Below are positions 22,540 through 33,817 of a DNA stretch of 64,000 nucleotides, piece by piece. The stretch is from NCBI GenBank assembly GCA_038087875.1, contig CM075995.1:4838001-4902000 (forward strand), written 5' to 3'. The notes beneath the pieces are model-generated. The model saw only the letters and a list, made by a program, of their open reading frames with translations, had not been told where the DNA came from and made no database searches. The position numbers and the translations under genes were made by a program. The first letter of the stretch is position 1, and each line of letters begins with the position of its first letter. The DNA comes from Malacoraja senta. Taxonomy: Eukaryota.

Positions 22540-22748
22540 AGATAAGTGATAGGAGCAGAATTAGGCCATTCGGCCCATCAAGTGTACTCCGCCATTCAAT
22601 CATGGCGGATCTATCTCTCCCTCCTAACCCCATTCTCCTGCCTTCTCCACATAACCCCTGACTCCGTACTAATCAAGAATCTATCTATCTATCTCTGCCT
22701 TAAAAATATCCATTGACCTGGCCTCCACAGCCTTCTGTGGCAATGAAT
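22540..22748 (-). mobile_element. CR1-type 3' fragment interrupted by the DIRS; continues at 27604-27835
   Basis: CCTTCTGTGGCAATGAAT + TTCACAGATTCACCACCCTCTGAC rejoins to match the intact copy at 48470-48510. Confidence 0.85.
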
Positions 22749-23255
22749 AGTAAGATTAAACGAGAACTTACCAAGTTTGAAGTTTGATCTTTATTTTATG
22801 AGGAGTTACGATGAGGGATTACGTGAAGAAGCCCGCCAGCCCGCATGCGCATCAACCTTCAAAGCAGCGGTGTGAAATCACAGACAAACAGTGTTGAACT
22901 GAACATAGTAAAATTCGAGACTAGAACTACCAGCTGACCTTTATGAGAGAGGGTTGGGAGCGGAGGGCATGTAATCCCTCATCGTAACTCCTCATAAAAT
23001 AAAGATCAAACTTCAAACTTGTTAAGTTCTCGTTTAATCTTACTATTTTACTTCGGAGTCACGTGAGTGACTACGTGAAGATTTCAAAGCTCTGTGATTT
23101 CATGCCGTGGCCACGAGTCCATGCGTCACACACACATCAGTTGACCAAGGATGAGTGAAAATTAATAATGCATTCAGACATGACATAGATTTAAACATGC
23201 TGATGCTTTAATGTGCAAATGAAAATAATAGTGACCCCTCTCATCCAGGGGGAAA

Positions 23256-24209
23256 CTATAAAACAGAACTTAAAATGGAATTGGCAAATACCCCCGGTCT
23301 GGTAATGGGTTTGTTATAAAATGTTTGGAAAGTTTGTTCGTTTGACCATCCTGCAGCCGCTAGGATGTGGTCCAGTGGAACGTCCATTACCCTCGCTGCT
23401 GACGTTGTTGCAGCCCTGGTGCAGTGAGATTTGAAAACGTCAGTGTCCACTCCTGCACAAGTCAGAACCCATTTTAACCACCTGGAGATGGTCTGTACTG
23501 ATACCTTCTTATGAGTTTTTTTGTAAATAACGAACATAGTTAATTCAGAGCCTCTGAGGCTCTTGGTGACCTTGATGTACTGTTGTAAAAGTGTAACCAC
23601 ACACAACGGAAGGTCCATGGGGTATGCCATGAAAACTAGTTTGAGCCCTGACACCCCTGGTCTGCTCTGCTTGATTAAATCATAAACATAAAATGTTATA
23701 TTATTTGCAGATGTAACCATCCTGTCCAGTCGCAGCTTATGCAACGACTGGACCCGTTGCGCTGAAACCAGCGCCATGAGCATGACCACTTTGTAAGTGA
23801 GTTTGGGCAAGGACAGGGATGTAGCTGGAGCCCACCGGCGAAGCAGCGTCAGCACCACGCTCACATCCCATATCTCCAAGTACGTGGGCCTGGGGAGATT
23901 TGAGTTGAAGATACCCTTCATGAACCTGGATATCAAAGGGTGAGACCCGACAGAGTGGTGTCCCGATCCCAGCAATAAGTATGACGGTAAGGCACTTCTG
24001 GCACTATTTATGGCACTATAACTCAGTCTCTCATCAAAATATAGTGTTGAGAGGAATTCCAACACATCCGTTATGCGTGCCGTGTCATACGATATGTTGG
24101 ACTGTAAACAGAACACCTCCCATTTCTTGATATGAGAGATGTACTGTTTCTTGGTACTATCCCTCCAGCCCACCGTACGATCTGACAGTCCGAGCCCCAG
24201 GAACTGCAA
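23256..24209 (-). CDS. DIRS tyrosine recombinase (317-aa open frame; no ATG at its 5' end)
   Basis: Catalytic set AQR, HCTR, AAGW, FQTFY; N-terminal core-binding region SYSAINSARSAL. Confidence 0.88.
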   Translation of the reverse strand: MQFLGLGLSDRTVGWRDSTKKQYISHIKKWEVFCLQSNISYDTARITDVLEFLSTLYFDERLSYSAINSARSALPSYLLLGSGHHSVGSHPLISRFMKGIFNSNLPRPTYLEIWDVSVVLTLLRRWAPATSLSLPKLTYKVVMLMALVSAQRVQSLHKLRLDRMVTSANNITFYVYDLIKQSRPGVSGLKLVFMAYPMDLPLCVVTLLQQYIKVTKSLRGSELTMFVIYKKTHKKVSVQTISRWLKWVLTCAGVDTDVFKSHCTRAATTSAARVMDVPLDHILAAAGWSNEQTFQTFYNKPITRPGVFANSILSSVL

Positions 24210-26161
24210 ACCAACAAATTGATTCGGTCATGTAGTGGATGGTTCTCCCCAGTCACAGGATGAACCAGCAGATTTCTGCATTTGGGGACAGCCATAAAAG
24301 GCTGTGTTATCATTCCCAGAAAGAGTGGGAACCATGGCTGTGTAGGCCAGTCAGGCACTACCAAAACGCCTGAGGCGGAGTCTTGCTGGATCTTAAGCAA
24401 GCACCGACTGATGAGGCAAAATGGGGGGAATGCATAAAAAAACATTCCACCCCAGTGTAGCGAGAATGCATCTACCGCCACTGCCCCTGGGTCTGGTTCC
24501 CATGCAACATACTTTGGTAACTGGTGATTGAGTCTGGATGCAAACAAATCAATATTTGTATGCCATACCGAGCGACAATGTCGTTAAACACTTCATGATT
24601 CAACATCCATTCTGTGTTGTCATTGAATTTCCATGACCTGGTGTCCGCCACCATGTTGAATCTACCTGGTAAGTAGATAGCTAAAACCCAAATGTTTCTT
24701 GTAATACACCAGTGCCAAATAAGGTTAGCCAATTTATCACAGGATACTGACTTGATTCCACCCATGTGATTAATGTATGCCACCGCTGTAGTGTTGTCAA
24801 TCTGAAGTTGAACACGCAAATGATGCATATTGCCACAATAAGCCTTCAGCCCATAGAGTGCTCCCAGCAACTCTAAGTAGTTAATATCATGTGACTGAAG
24901 AATTTATGACTCATGCACATTCCATCTGCCACCGCAGCTAGAGATGGTATTATTAGCTCCCCATCCTAGAGCACTAGCATCAGTTTGTAATATAACTGAA
25001 GGTTTATCGACCAATATTTTACTGGAGCAATGCCGAATATTTGTCATCCACCATTGTAACTCAGCAATGGCTTCAGCTGGCAACCGCATGGGTCTACTGA
25101 AGTGACCTGCATGGAATTTGAGTGCCTGCTTCTTTGCACGTTGTAAATTTTTATAATGCAAAGGCCCAAACTGCAGCTGGAAAAGCAGCCACTAATTTGC
25201 CAATTATACTAGCTACATGTCGAATAGAAGGTTGCTCCTTAACAATGAGATTGTTACAGGCTTCTATTAATTCTAATCTCTTGCCCCAAGGCAGAGTCAC
25301 AGACATGTGAATCGAGTTAATGGTATATCCCAAATAATCAATAACTCTAGATGGTATCAACTTGGATTTAACTGGATGGGTGAGAAACCCCAATCTCTCA
25401 AACATGAGTTTAGTAGCTGAAACAGATAATTTAGTTAATTTCAGAGTTTTCCCTATGATTAGGATATCATCCAAATAAGCCATCACAATATGATTCTGAG
25501 CCCGGAGTAGCCCCAGCACCGGTTTCAATAATGTTGTAAATAATCTGGGGGCTGAAGTTAACCTATTAGGCAATGCTTTAAACTGCCACAGTTGCCCCAT
25601 CCAGCTAAACTTCAAATATCTCCGGTGATCCCAGTGAATGGGTACCGAATAGTATGCATCTTTGAGATCGATGCATGCCATATAACATCCTGTGGAAACC
25701 AGTTGTTTGGCAGTAACAAAGTTTTCCATTTTGAAATGTTTATACTGCACAAAGGAGTTAAGTCGAGTCAAATCAAGGATGATTCGGCATCCTCCATCCT
25801 TCTTTTGCCTTGTGAATATATTAGACACAAATTGGTGAGGTTCATGACACGACTTCTCAATTACCCCTTTTTTGTATAATACTTCAATTTCAGCTTGTAC
25901 ATCCAAACATTCCTGTTGTGAAAAAACAAATGTCCGGTTCGGTGTATGCTGTGTGGGTGGAAACAAATTGGGAAGGAATTCGATTTGGAACCCTTGTATA
26001 CTGTGCAGTATAAACGGATCTGATGTTATCCAACGGCATTCATTCAAAAACAAGTGCAATCTCCCACCAACTTGTAACTGATCCATACACCCTATGTTCC
26101 GGAAAGAACCAGACCCACCTACCTCCATGGTTACCAGTGGATGAATGGTTTTTATTTCCAC
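24071..26161 (-). pseudogene. DIRS pol (RT - RNase H - Dam-like methyltransferase domain) broken by about 3 frameshifts
   Basis: RT: IDLKDAY, LTSAPRLF, YLDD. RNase H: TDAS, IDNTT, ADTRS. MT: FASRLN...FYAFPPF...VVPDWPTQPWFP. Spread over ORFs 25151-26161, 24904-25161, 24472-24870 and 24071-24547. Confidence 0.9.
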
Positions 26162-27386
26162 CCCCGAGGTTTTGGGGGTAGGACTGATGGAGTGCGCAAA
26201 CTGCGCATCTTTGACAAGGGCCGGCTTGGGCCTTGGCCTAAAAAAGACCTCTGCCCAGAGTGTTCGGCCTTCGAGCTGCCACCAGTTTCAGCGAACCGTT
26301 TGTTGTTGACGGGAGCGTAGGGGTGCTGCCGCCGGAATGATGAAGCTTTGCTAGTTGATGGGACTTTCATTAGCCCGACCGCTTTCGCTTCGTCGTCCAG
26401 CTCCCTGACCTGCTTCGGCAGATCTTCTCCGAACAAAAAATTCGGCGGCTGTACGTTGCTGGCCTTGCACAGTCCCGCGAAATTGGGGTTCAGTGTAGGT
26501 CGGATGGCATTTTTGCGTAAACAGTTGATTTCAAAATGTGCGTTGCACGTTAATGCCAGGGCATCCTGTTGCACATCAGACAGGGTACCCTCATCCACCG
26601 ACCTGGCAAAGGCCGTGATGCCTGAGGCCAGCAACTTTAGGATTTTCTGGAGCTTCACCTCCTGGGCTCTGATGCCCCTTCCGATGTAACCCCAGATGGA
26701 GTTGTTAACAGCCGGCATGTTTAACGAAGCACAGTTAGCAGGTGTGTGGTACTTCATAGAAGTTTCTGCCATTGCCTGTTCTTGGAGCTGGTGTAATGCC
26801 AGGTAATTGATGCTCGTAGCCAATTCCTCATCCAGTGGTTCCCCTGTTTGCGATGGAATTGCAAATTTCGATGCTATAGTAGGCACATCTGCTTCACGCC
26901 CTTCGTGCCTCATGGTATGCTCCCCGGCTATACCTCCGAACTCCGAGTCAGACCAAAACTGACCCCGAATGCTCCCCTCCTCACAGAGGGAGACATTGTG
27001 CAGCCCTGAACCAGGTGCCGCTGCCGCGGGCCCCCGAGGAGACCCGCGCTGATATAACTCAGTTCGTTGGAGCATATCATGATGGAGCATCCTCTCCATC
27101 AGGTGCTCCATCCGGGATAAACGTCCGAAGACGCTATCCATTGTAGGAGGGGAACCTCCTGGCCCGACTCGTCCGAGTCAACAGGCCTTACAGACTTTCT
27201 TTTGGCTTTCCCTCCTAGCGGGGTTGCCAAGGTGCTCTCGACTGGCACCAAGTCTGAAGCCGCTGGCCGCACCGCCAGCAACTCAGAAGGCGAAATCGAC
27301 GGCCGCCCGCTACCCGCACTCCCGCTGTCTTCCGTAGCTGCTTTCCCCGTAGCCCGTCTGGACTTCACCTTGGACATTTTCTCCAT
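26152..27386 (-). CDS. DIRS gag-like ORF1 (probable frameshift near 27140)
   Basis: 329-aa frame 26152-27141 (PANC..L..PAVNNSIW, FLFGEDL) preceded by the MEKMSKVK... frame starting at ATG 27386. Confidence 0.75.
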
Positions 27387-27926
27387 AGCAGTCCGTACTT
27401 GAAGTTCTACAATCAAGAATTACCGAACAAAAAGAAATGACCTCAAAATAAGTTTTAAACACTTACCTGTAGGATTTTTAAACTTACTGCTGGAGGAGCG
27501 ACGCGCCTGCCAGCCAGTCGTTGCGCAATGCGTTAGACGTAATTGACGCGCATGAGGGCTGGCGGGCTTCTTCACGTAGTCACACGTGAATCTGAAGTAA
27601 AATTTCACAGATTCACCACCCTCTGACTAAAGAAATTCCTCCTTATCTCCTTCCTAAAGGAACATCCTTTCATTCCGAGGCTGTGAGCTCTAGTCCTAGA
27701 CTCCCACTAGTGGAAACATCCTCTCCACACCCACTCTATCCAAACCTTTCACTATTCGGTAAGTTTCAATGAGGTTCCCCCTCATCTTTCTAAACTCCAG
27801 CGAGTACAGGCCCAGTGCCGTCAAACGCTCATCATGATTGCAGCATCTATTTATTGCAGCGCAAAACACCATTTACAGTTGAAATACTGAGATATTACTT
27901 TTTTTAAAAACCAAGGGCATATTTTA

Positions 27927-28238
27927 GGGCAGTACCATGGCACAGCTAGTAGAGCTGCTGCCTCACAGCGCCAGAGACCCGGGTTCTATCCTGACGCCGG
28001 CTGCTGCTTGTGTGGAGTTTGCATGTTCTCTCTGTGACCATATGGGTTTTCTGCGGGTGGTCTGGTTTCCTCCCACATCCCAAAGAGGCTCAGGTTTGTT
28101 GGTTAATTGGCTGTTGTATGAGCTGTTAATTGGCTGTTAAAGTGGTATAACATAGAATTAGTGTTAACGTGTGATTGATGGTCGGCATCATTTTTGTGGG
28201 CCATTGAGCCTATTTCCATGCTCTAACTCTAAGCTAAA
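27927..28238 (+). mobile_element. V-SINE (diverged)
   Basis: tRNA-like head, V-like core and tail remnant. Confidence 0.7.
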
Positions 28239-28551
28239 CAGGTAACAGAACAAGAGTATTGACCAACCTTGTGAGGTTTGTGGTATTTTTTTCCAAAAAG
28301 CAACTTTATTCTTAAAAATGTGTAAGAAAGAACTTCAAATGCTGATTGACACCGAAGATAGACACAAAAATCTGGAGTAACTCGGCGGGTCAGGCAGCAT
28401 CTCTGGAGGAAAGGAATGGGTGACGTTTCGGGACGAGACTCTTCTTCAGTATGAAATGTTGCTGTAGGAGTACAGATTTAAAAGTACATATAAGGCAAAA
28501 AAAGTGCAAAACTCTTAATACATTCTTAGTGTGCCTGTACATTTAACATGT

Positions 28552-29114
28552 GGGGCGGCACGGTGGTGCAGTGGTAGAGTTGTTGCATTACAGCGCCAGA
28601 CCCAAGTTCGATCCTGACCACGGGTGTTGTCTGTATAGAGTTTGTATGTTCTCCCCGTGACCCTGTGGGCTTTCTCTGGGTGCTCCGTTTTCCTCCCACA
28701 CTCCAAGGGGTGGCATGGTGACGCAGCGGTAGAATTGCTGCCTTATAGCGCTTACAGCGCCGGAGACCCATGTTCGATCCCGACCACGGTTGCTGTCTCT
28801 GTACAGAGTTTGTACATTTTCCCTGTGATCTGCGTGGGCTTTCCCTGAGTTCTTCAGTTTCCTCCCACACTCCAATGACATGCAGGTATGTAGATTAATT
28901 GGCTTGGTGTATGTGTAAATATTGTCCCCAGTGTGTGTAGGATAGTGTTAATGTTGGTCGGCGGGCATTCGATGGGCTGAAGAGCCTGTTTCCACACTGT
29001 ATATCTAAACTAAACTTCAAAGATGTGTAGGTTTGTAGGTTAATTGGCTTCTGTACATTGCCCCTAGTGTGTATGATGGAACTAATGCTTCCTGTTTCCA
29101 TGCTGTATCTCTAA
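28552..29114 (+). mobile_element. Nested V-SINE cluster (one SINE inserted in another)
   Basis: Two heads (28552, 28708), cores and tails; the last tail is interrupted by the CR1 at 29115. Confidence 0.75.
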
Positions 29115-29190
29115 AAGCTTGTGGATGTAACTAGGAAAATGGACAAGGGAGAGCCAATGGATGTAGTGTACCTGGACTTTCAGAAAGCAT

Positions 29191-29299
29191 CCCCTCCAGG
29201 ATGTCACTGTATGTCGTTGCCACTTGCGGGCGGAGCACCAAGGCAAATTCCTTGTATGTGAATACTTGGCCAATAAACTTATTCATTCATTCATTCATT
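29191..29299 (+). mobile_element. Short LINE 3' end (Rex1/Babar-like) with a (CATT)n tail
   Basis: CAAATTCCTTGTATGTGAATACTTGGCCAATAAAC followed by (ATTC)n; splits the CR1 AAAGCAT/TTGATAAG. Confidence 0.6.
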
Positions 29300-29718
29300 C
29301 ATTTGATAAGGTTCCACAAAGGAGATTAGTGGGCAAAATTAGGGCACATGGCATTGGGGGTAGAGTGCTGACATGGATAGAAAATTGGTTGGCAGACAGG
29401 AAACAAGGAGTAGGGATTAACGGTTCCCTTTCAGAATGGCAGGCAGTGACTAGTGGAGTACCGCAAGGTTCGATGCTGGAACCGCAGCTATTTACAATAT
29501 ATATTAATGATTTAGATGAAAGGATTACAAGTAACATAAGCAAATTTGCAGATGACACAAAGCTGGGTGGGAGGATGCTATGAGAATGGAGGGTGACTTG
29601 GATAGGTTGGGTGAGTGGGCAGATGCATGGCAGATGCAGTTTAATGTGGATAAATGTGAGGTTATCCACTTCGGTAACAAAAACTGGAAGGCAGATTATT
29701 ATCTAAATGGCGTCAAGT

Positions 29719-31752
29719 CAAGTCAATTTTATTTCTATAGCACATTTAAAAACAACTCTCGTTGACCAAATTGCTTTACATTGGTGCAGGTACTAATGTG
29801 CTACAAACAGTGGTACATAGATCAACAATACATACATAAATACTTACATACAGCGCTCCCTCAGAGGACCTCAAGAAAGGCTTGAGAGTAGAAATAAGTT
29901 TTAAGTCTAGACTTAAAAGATGGAGGGGGCAGTTCTGATGGGAAGAGGGATGCTGTTCCATAATCTAGGAGCTGCAACCGCAAAAGCGCGGTCGCCCCTG
30001 AGCTTATGCCTAGACCGCGGGATGGTCAGTAACCCCAAGACGTACGATCTGAGTGACCTCGAGGTGGTATGGTGGGTAAGCAGATTTTTGATGTAGGTGG
30101 GGGCAAGCCCGTTAAGGGCTTTGTATACATAAAGAATGAGCTTGAAATTGATTCGGAACCGCACAGGGAGCCAGTGGTGAGAGGCCAGAATCGGGGTGAT
30201 GTGGTCCCTGTTTCGGGTGCCCGTCAGGAGTCTCGCTGCGGCGTTTTGGACCAGTTGCAGGCGGGACAGGGAAGATTGGCTGATGCCAGTGTAAAGGGAG
30301 TTGCAGTAATCAAGGCGGGAGGAGATAAATGAGTGGATGATCTTTTCGAGGTCATCAAATTGGAGGAATTGTTTTATTTTAGCTATCGTCCGAAGCTGGA
30401 AGAAGCTAGCTTTTACCACGGCATTGACTTGTTTGTCAAATTTCAACGCGGAGTCAAATATCACGCCAAGGTTTTTGACATGAGGTTTGAGTAAGGGGAT
30501 AAGGCTTCCATGGCTGCCTGCTATCGTTTTGATTGAGTCCGAGGGGCCGAGTAGGATGACCTCAGACTTACTCTCGTTTAGTTGGAGGAAGTTCTGGGCC
30601 ATCCAACACTTTATATCCTCGAGGCAGTGGATAAGGCCGAGTAGATTAGATCGGTTGTTGGGCTTCAGGGGGAGATAGAGTTGTGAATCGTCTACATAGC
30701 AGTGGAAGGAAATGCTGTGCCTTTGAATGACTTGGCCTAAGGGGAGCATATACAGGGAGAAGAGAATGGGGCCTAGGATGGAGCCTTGTGGAACCCCGCA
30801 GCAAAGGCTAGCTGGGGAGGGGAAAGAGTTACCTATGTTTGTAGAGAAACTCCTATCTTTGAGGTAGGAGACGAACCAGCAGTGCCATCAATACTAACTC
30901 CGTACCGGAGACAGTCAATAAGGATGGTGTGGTCGACTGTATCAAATGCTGCGCTGAGGTCGAGAAGGAGCAGGATTGCACAGTTGCTGGAGTCAATGGT
31001 GAGAAGTAGGTTGTTATGTACCTTCAACAAGGCAGACTCTGTGCTGTGGTGGGCCCTGATACCTGATTGGAAAGTTTCCAGGATGGTATTTTGATGAAGG
31101 TAAGGCATAAGTTGACTTAAAATTATCTTTTCAAGGACTTTTGAAAGGAAAGGCAGTTTGGAAATAGATCTGTAGTTGCTAGGCAAGGTGGGGTCTAGGT
31201 TAGTTTTTTTCAGGAGGGGCTAGACCACCGCGTGCTTGAAGCAGGTAGGAACAGTGCCAGTGGCCAGAGAACTGTTGATGATGGCGAGGATGCTGGGACG
31301 GGCTATTGCAATGACATCCTTCAGAAGGGCAGAGGGGACAACATCGAGGGGGCAGGTAGTAGGTTTCATGGTGGTGACCAGCTTTACAAGGGAGGTAGAG
31401 TAATGGGTTGGAAACGGTCTAATTTTGAAAAACAGACCAATGAGACAGATAGGTCACGGATGGGAGGGGAAATATTTGATCTGACTTTCTTAACTTTGCT
31501 GGTGAAAAATGTAGTAAATTCTTCGCACTTAGCAGGGGACCCAGCAAAGCTTGGCACTGGGGGCAGCACATATGATAGAGGTAATGGTACTAAAAAGGAC
31601 CTTGGAGTTATGGGCGTTTTTGGAAATAAGCAGAAACATATTGTGTTCTCGCAGACTTTACTGCTTCCTGGTATTTGAGAAGATTGTTTCTCAGAAGTAC
31701 AAAGGAAATTTGAAGCTTATCAGATTTGTACTTCTGTTCTGATTTTCTGCTT
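29719..31752 (-). mobile_element. 5'-truncated L2-clade LINE
   Basis: LLDLSAAFDTVDH, GVPQGSILGP, YVDDSQLY, SRLDYCNSL, LQLVQNAAARLL, APRLWNS; (TTGAC)n tail; 7-bp TSD GTCAAGT (29712-18, 31753-59). Confidence 0.9.
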
Positions 31753-32489
31753 GTCAAGTTGGGAAAAGGGGAAGTACAACGGGATCTGAGGGTCCTTGTT
31801 CATCAATCAATGAAAGTAAGCATGCAGGTACAGCAGGCAGTGAAGAAAGCGAATGGCGTGTTGGCCTTCATAACAAGGGGAGTTGAGTATAGAGGCAAAG
31901 AGGTCCTTCTGCAGTTGTACAGGGCCCTAGTGAGACCACACCTGGAGTATTGTGTGCAGTATTGGTCTCCAAATGTGAGGAAGGACATTCTTGCTATTGC
32001 GGGAGTGCAGCGTAGGTTCACAAGTTTAATTCCCGGGATGGCGAGACTGTCATATGCTGAGAGAATGGAGCGGCTGGGCTTGTATACTCTGGAATTTAGA
32101 AGGATGAGAGGTTATCTTATTGAAACATTTAAGGTTATTAAAGGTTTGGACACGCTAGAGACAGGAAGACATGTTGCCGATGTTGGGGGAGTTCAGAACC
32201 AGTGGCCACAGTTTAAGAATAAGGGGTAAGCCATTTGAGATGAGGAAACACTTTTTCACACAGAGAGTTGTGAGTCTGTGGAATTCTCTACATCAGAGGG
32301 CGGTGGAGGCTGGTTCTCTGGATACCTTTAAGAGAGAGCTGTATAGGGCTCTTAAAGATACCGGAGTCAGGGGATATGGGGAAAAGGCAGGAACGGGGTA
32401 CTGGTTGTGGATGATCAGCCTTGATCACATTGAATGGCTCGAAGGGCTGAATGGCCTACTCCTGAACCTATTGTCTATTGTCTAAACTA

Positions 32490-32860
32490 AAATTGCAAGT
32501 CATACACCCATTAATGTTAATAGTTTCCTTGTTCTTCACACATGGCATCATTTCCACTTGTGCCCCCTGGGATGATATCCCCTTGTTTGAGGGGTGTCTC
32601 GATACATCCCCTCAATGTGCAGCAGCAGCAGAAGGGCCCAAGGTTGTGGTCCTCCCCCACAGAGCCTTGGCGGTGGCTGCACCGTGCTTCAGTGCGTCCC
32701 ACAGCACGTACTCCTGCAGTCTGGAGCGGGCCAGTTGGCAGCATTCCTTCACAGATATCTATGTGTACTTCCCATTTGGCGTGCTGTATTCTACACTGGT
32801 GATGTGGTCTCCTGTACATCGAAGATATTGAGCGCAAGGCGGAACACTCTTTTGTAAGGG
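32490..32860 (-). mobile_element. Tx1-like L1-clade ORF2 C-terminus and 3'UTR fragment (poly(A) end probably at about 28286-28550)
   Basis: Minus frame ISVKECCQLARSRLQEYVLWDALKHGAATAKALWGRTT resembles Tx1-type ORF2 C-termini. Confidence 0.55.
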
Positions 32861-32878
32861 TGACCCTGACCTTCCAGT

Positions 32879-32913
32879 CGTCTGAAGAAAGGTCTCGACC
32901 TGAAACGTCACCC
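32879..32913 (+). ncRNA. Minimal type-I hammerhead ribozyme-like motif in a Penelope-like element end
   Basis: CTGAAGA - A - stem II AGGTC(TC)GACCT - GAAACGTC; stem I is very short. Confidence 0.45.
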
Positions 32914-32999
32914 ATTCCTTCTATCCTTATAGCCATTCAGCTATTAAACATTACAACCTCAAATAAACTCTGAACTACATAAACTATTATTGTTGCAGC

Positions 33000-33405
33000 A
33001 CTTCTCAGTTAGAAGGATGAGAGGATATCTTATTGAAACATATAAGATTATTAAGGAATTGACACACTAGAGGCAGGAAGCATGTTCCCCATGTTGGGGG
33101 AGTCCAGAACCAGTGGCCACAGTTTAAGAATAAGGGGTAGGCCATTTAGAACAGAGACGAGGAAAAACTTTTTCACCCAGAGAGTTGTGAATCTGGAATT
33201 ATCTGCCTCAGAAGGCAGTGGAGGACAATTCTCTGGATGCTTTCAAGAGAGAATTGGATAGAGCTCTTGAAGATAGTGGAGTCAAGGGATATGGGGAGAA
33301 GGCAGGAACGCGGTACTGATTGTGGATGATCAGCCATGATCACAGTGAATGGCGGTGCTGTCTCGAAGGGCCGAATGGCCTACTCCTGCACCTATTGTCT
33401 ATTGT
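33000..33405 (+). mobile_element. CR1-type 3' fragment
   Basis: RTSGHSLRIRGRPF...FTQRVVNL; (CTATTGT)n tail. Confidence 0.8.
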
Positions 33406-33435
33406 TTTTTTTTGTGTGTGTACGTATGTGTGCAT

Positions 33436-33436
<1 letters not shown>

Positions 33437-33519
<83 letters not shown>

Positions 33520-33542
33520 TATATATATATATGTGTGTGTGT
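33437..33542. repeat. Compound (TG)n(TA)n microsatellite
   Basis: Directly visible. Confidence 0.95.
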
Positions 33543-33817
33543 ATTTGTGAGTATGCGTATATACACACACAACTGCTTTTCTCTCTCTCGTTTATTATGT
33601 TGTTTACAGTGTACTATGTTTACATATTCTGTTTGTCTGCTGCAAGTAAGAATTTCCTTGTTCCATCTGGGACATATGACAATAAAACACTCTTGACCCT
33701 TCTATTCAGAGATGCTGCCTGACCCGCTGAATTACTCTAGCATTTTGTGCTTTAATTTTAATTAATTTTAACTTTAATTTTCTATCCTTCTCTCACTCTG
33801 ACTTCTGTCTTTTGTAG

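Larger units (their letters stand above)
22746..27603 (-). mobile_element. Complete DIRS1-type tyrosine-recombinase retrotransposon (element B, 4,858 bp), mildly decayed
   Basis: gag, RT/RNaseH/MT and YR in order. Short ITR core 22820-22855 / 27543-27578. ICR 22968-23080 reproduces the end-to-start junction. ATT trinucleotide at both ends; no longer TSD. Confidence 0.95.
29115..32480 (+). mobile_element. 5'-truncated CR1/HER1-type LINE (RT C-terminal half), interrupted by a Rex1-like end and an L2
   Basis: [52 protein letters not shown]; (CTATTGT)n tail; TCTAAA on both sides (29109-14, 32481-86). Confidence 0.88.

Noticed and set aside
33320..33722. ORFs rich in VCVC/YIYI
   Set aside because: Translations of microsatellites; the same applies to 18559-18930, 19399-19668 and 50275-50460.
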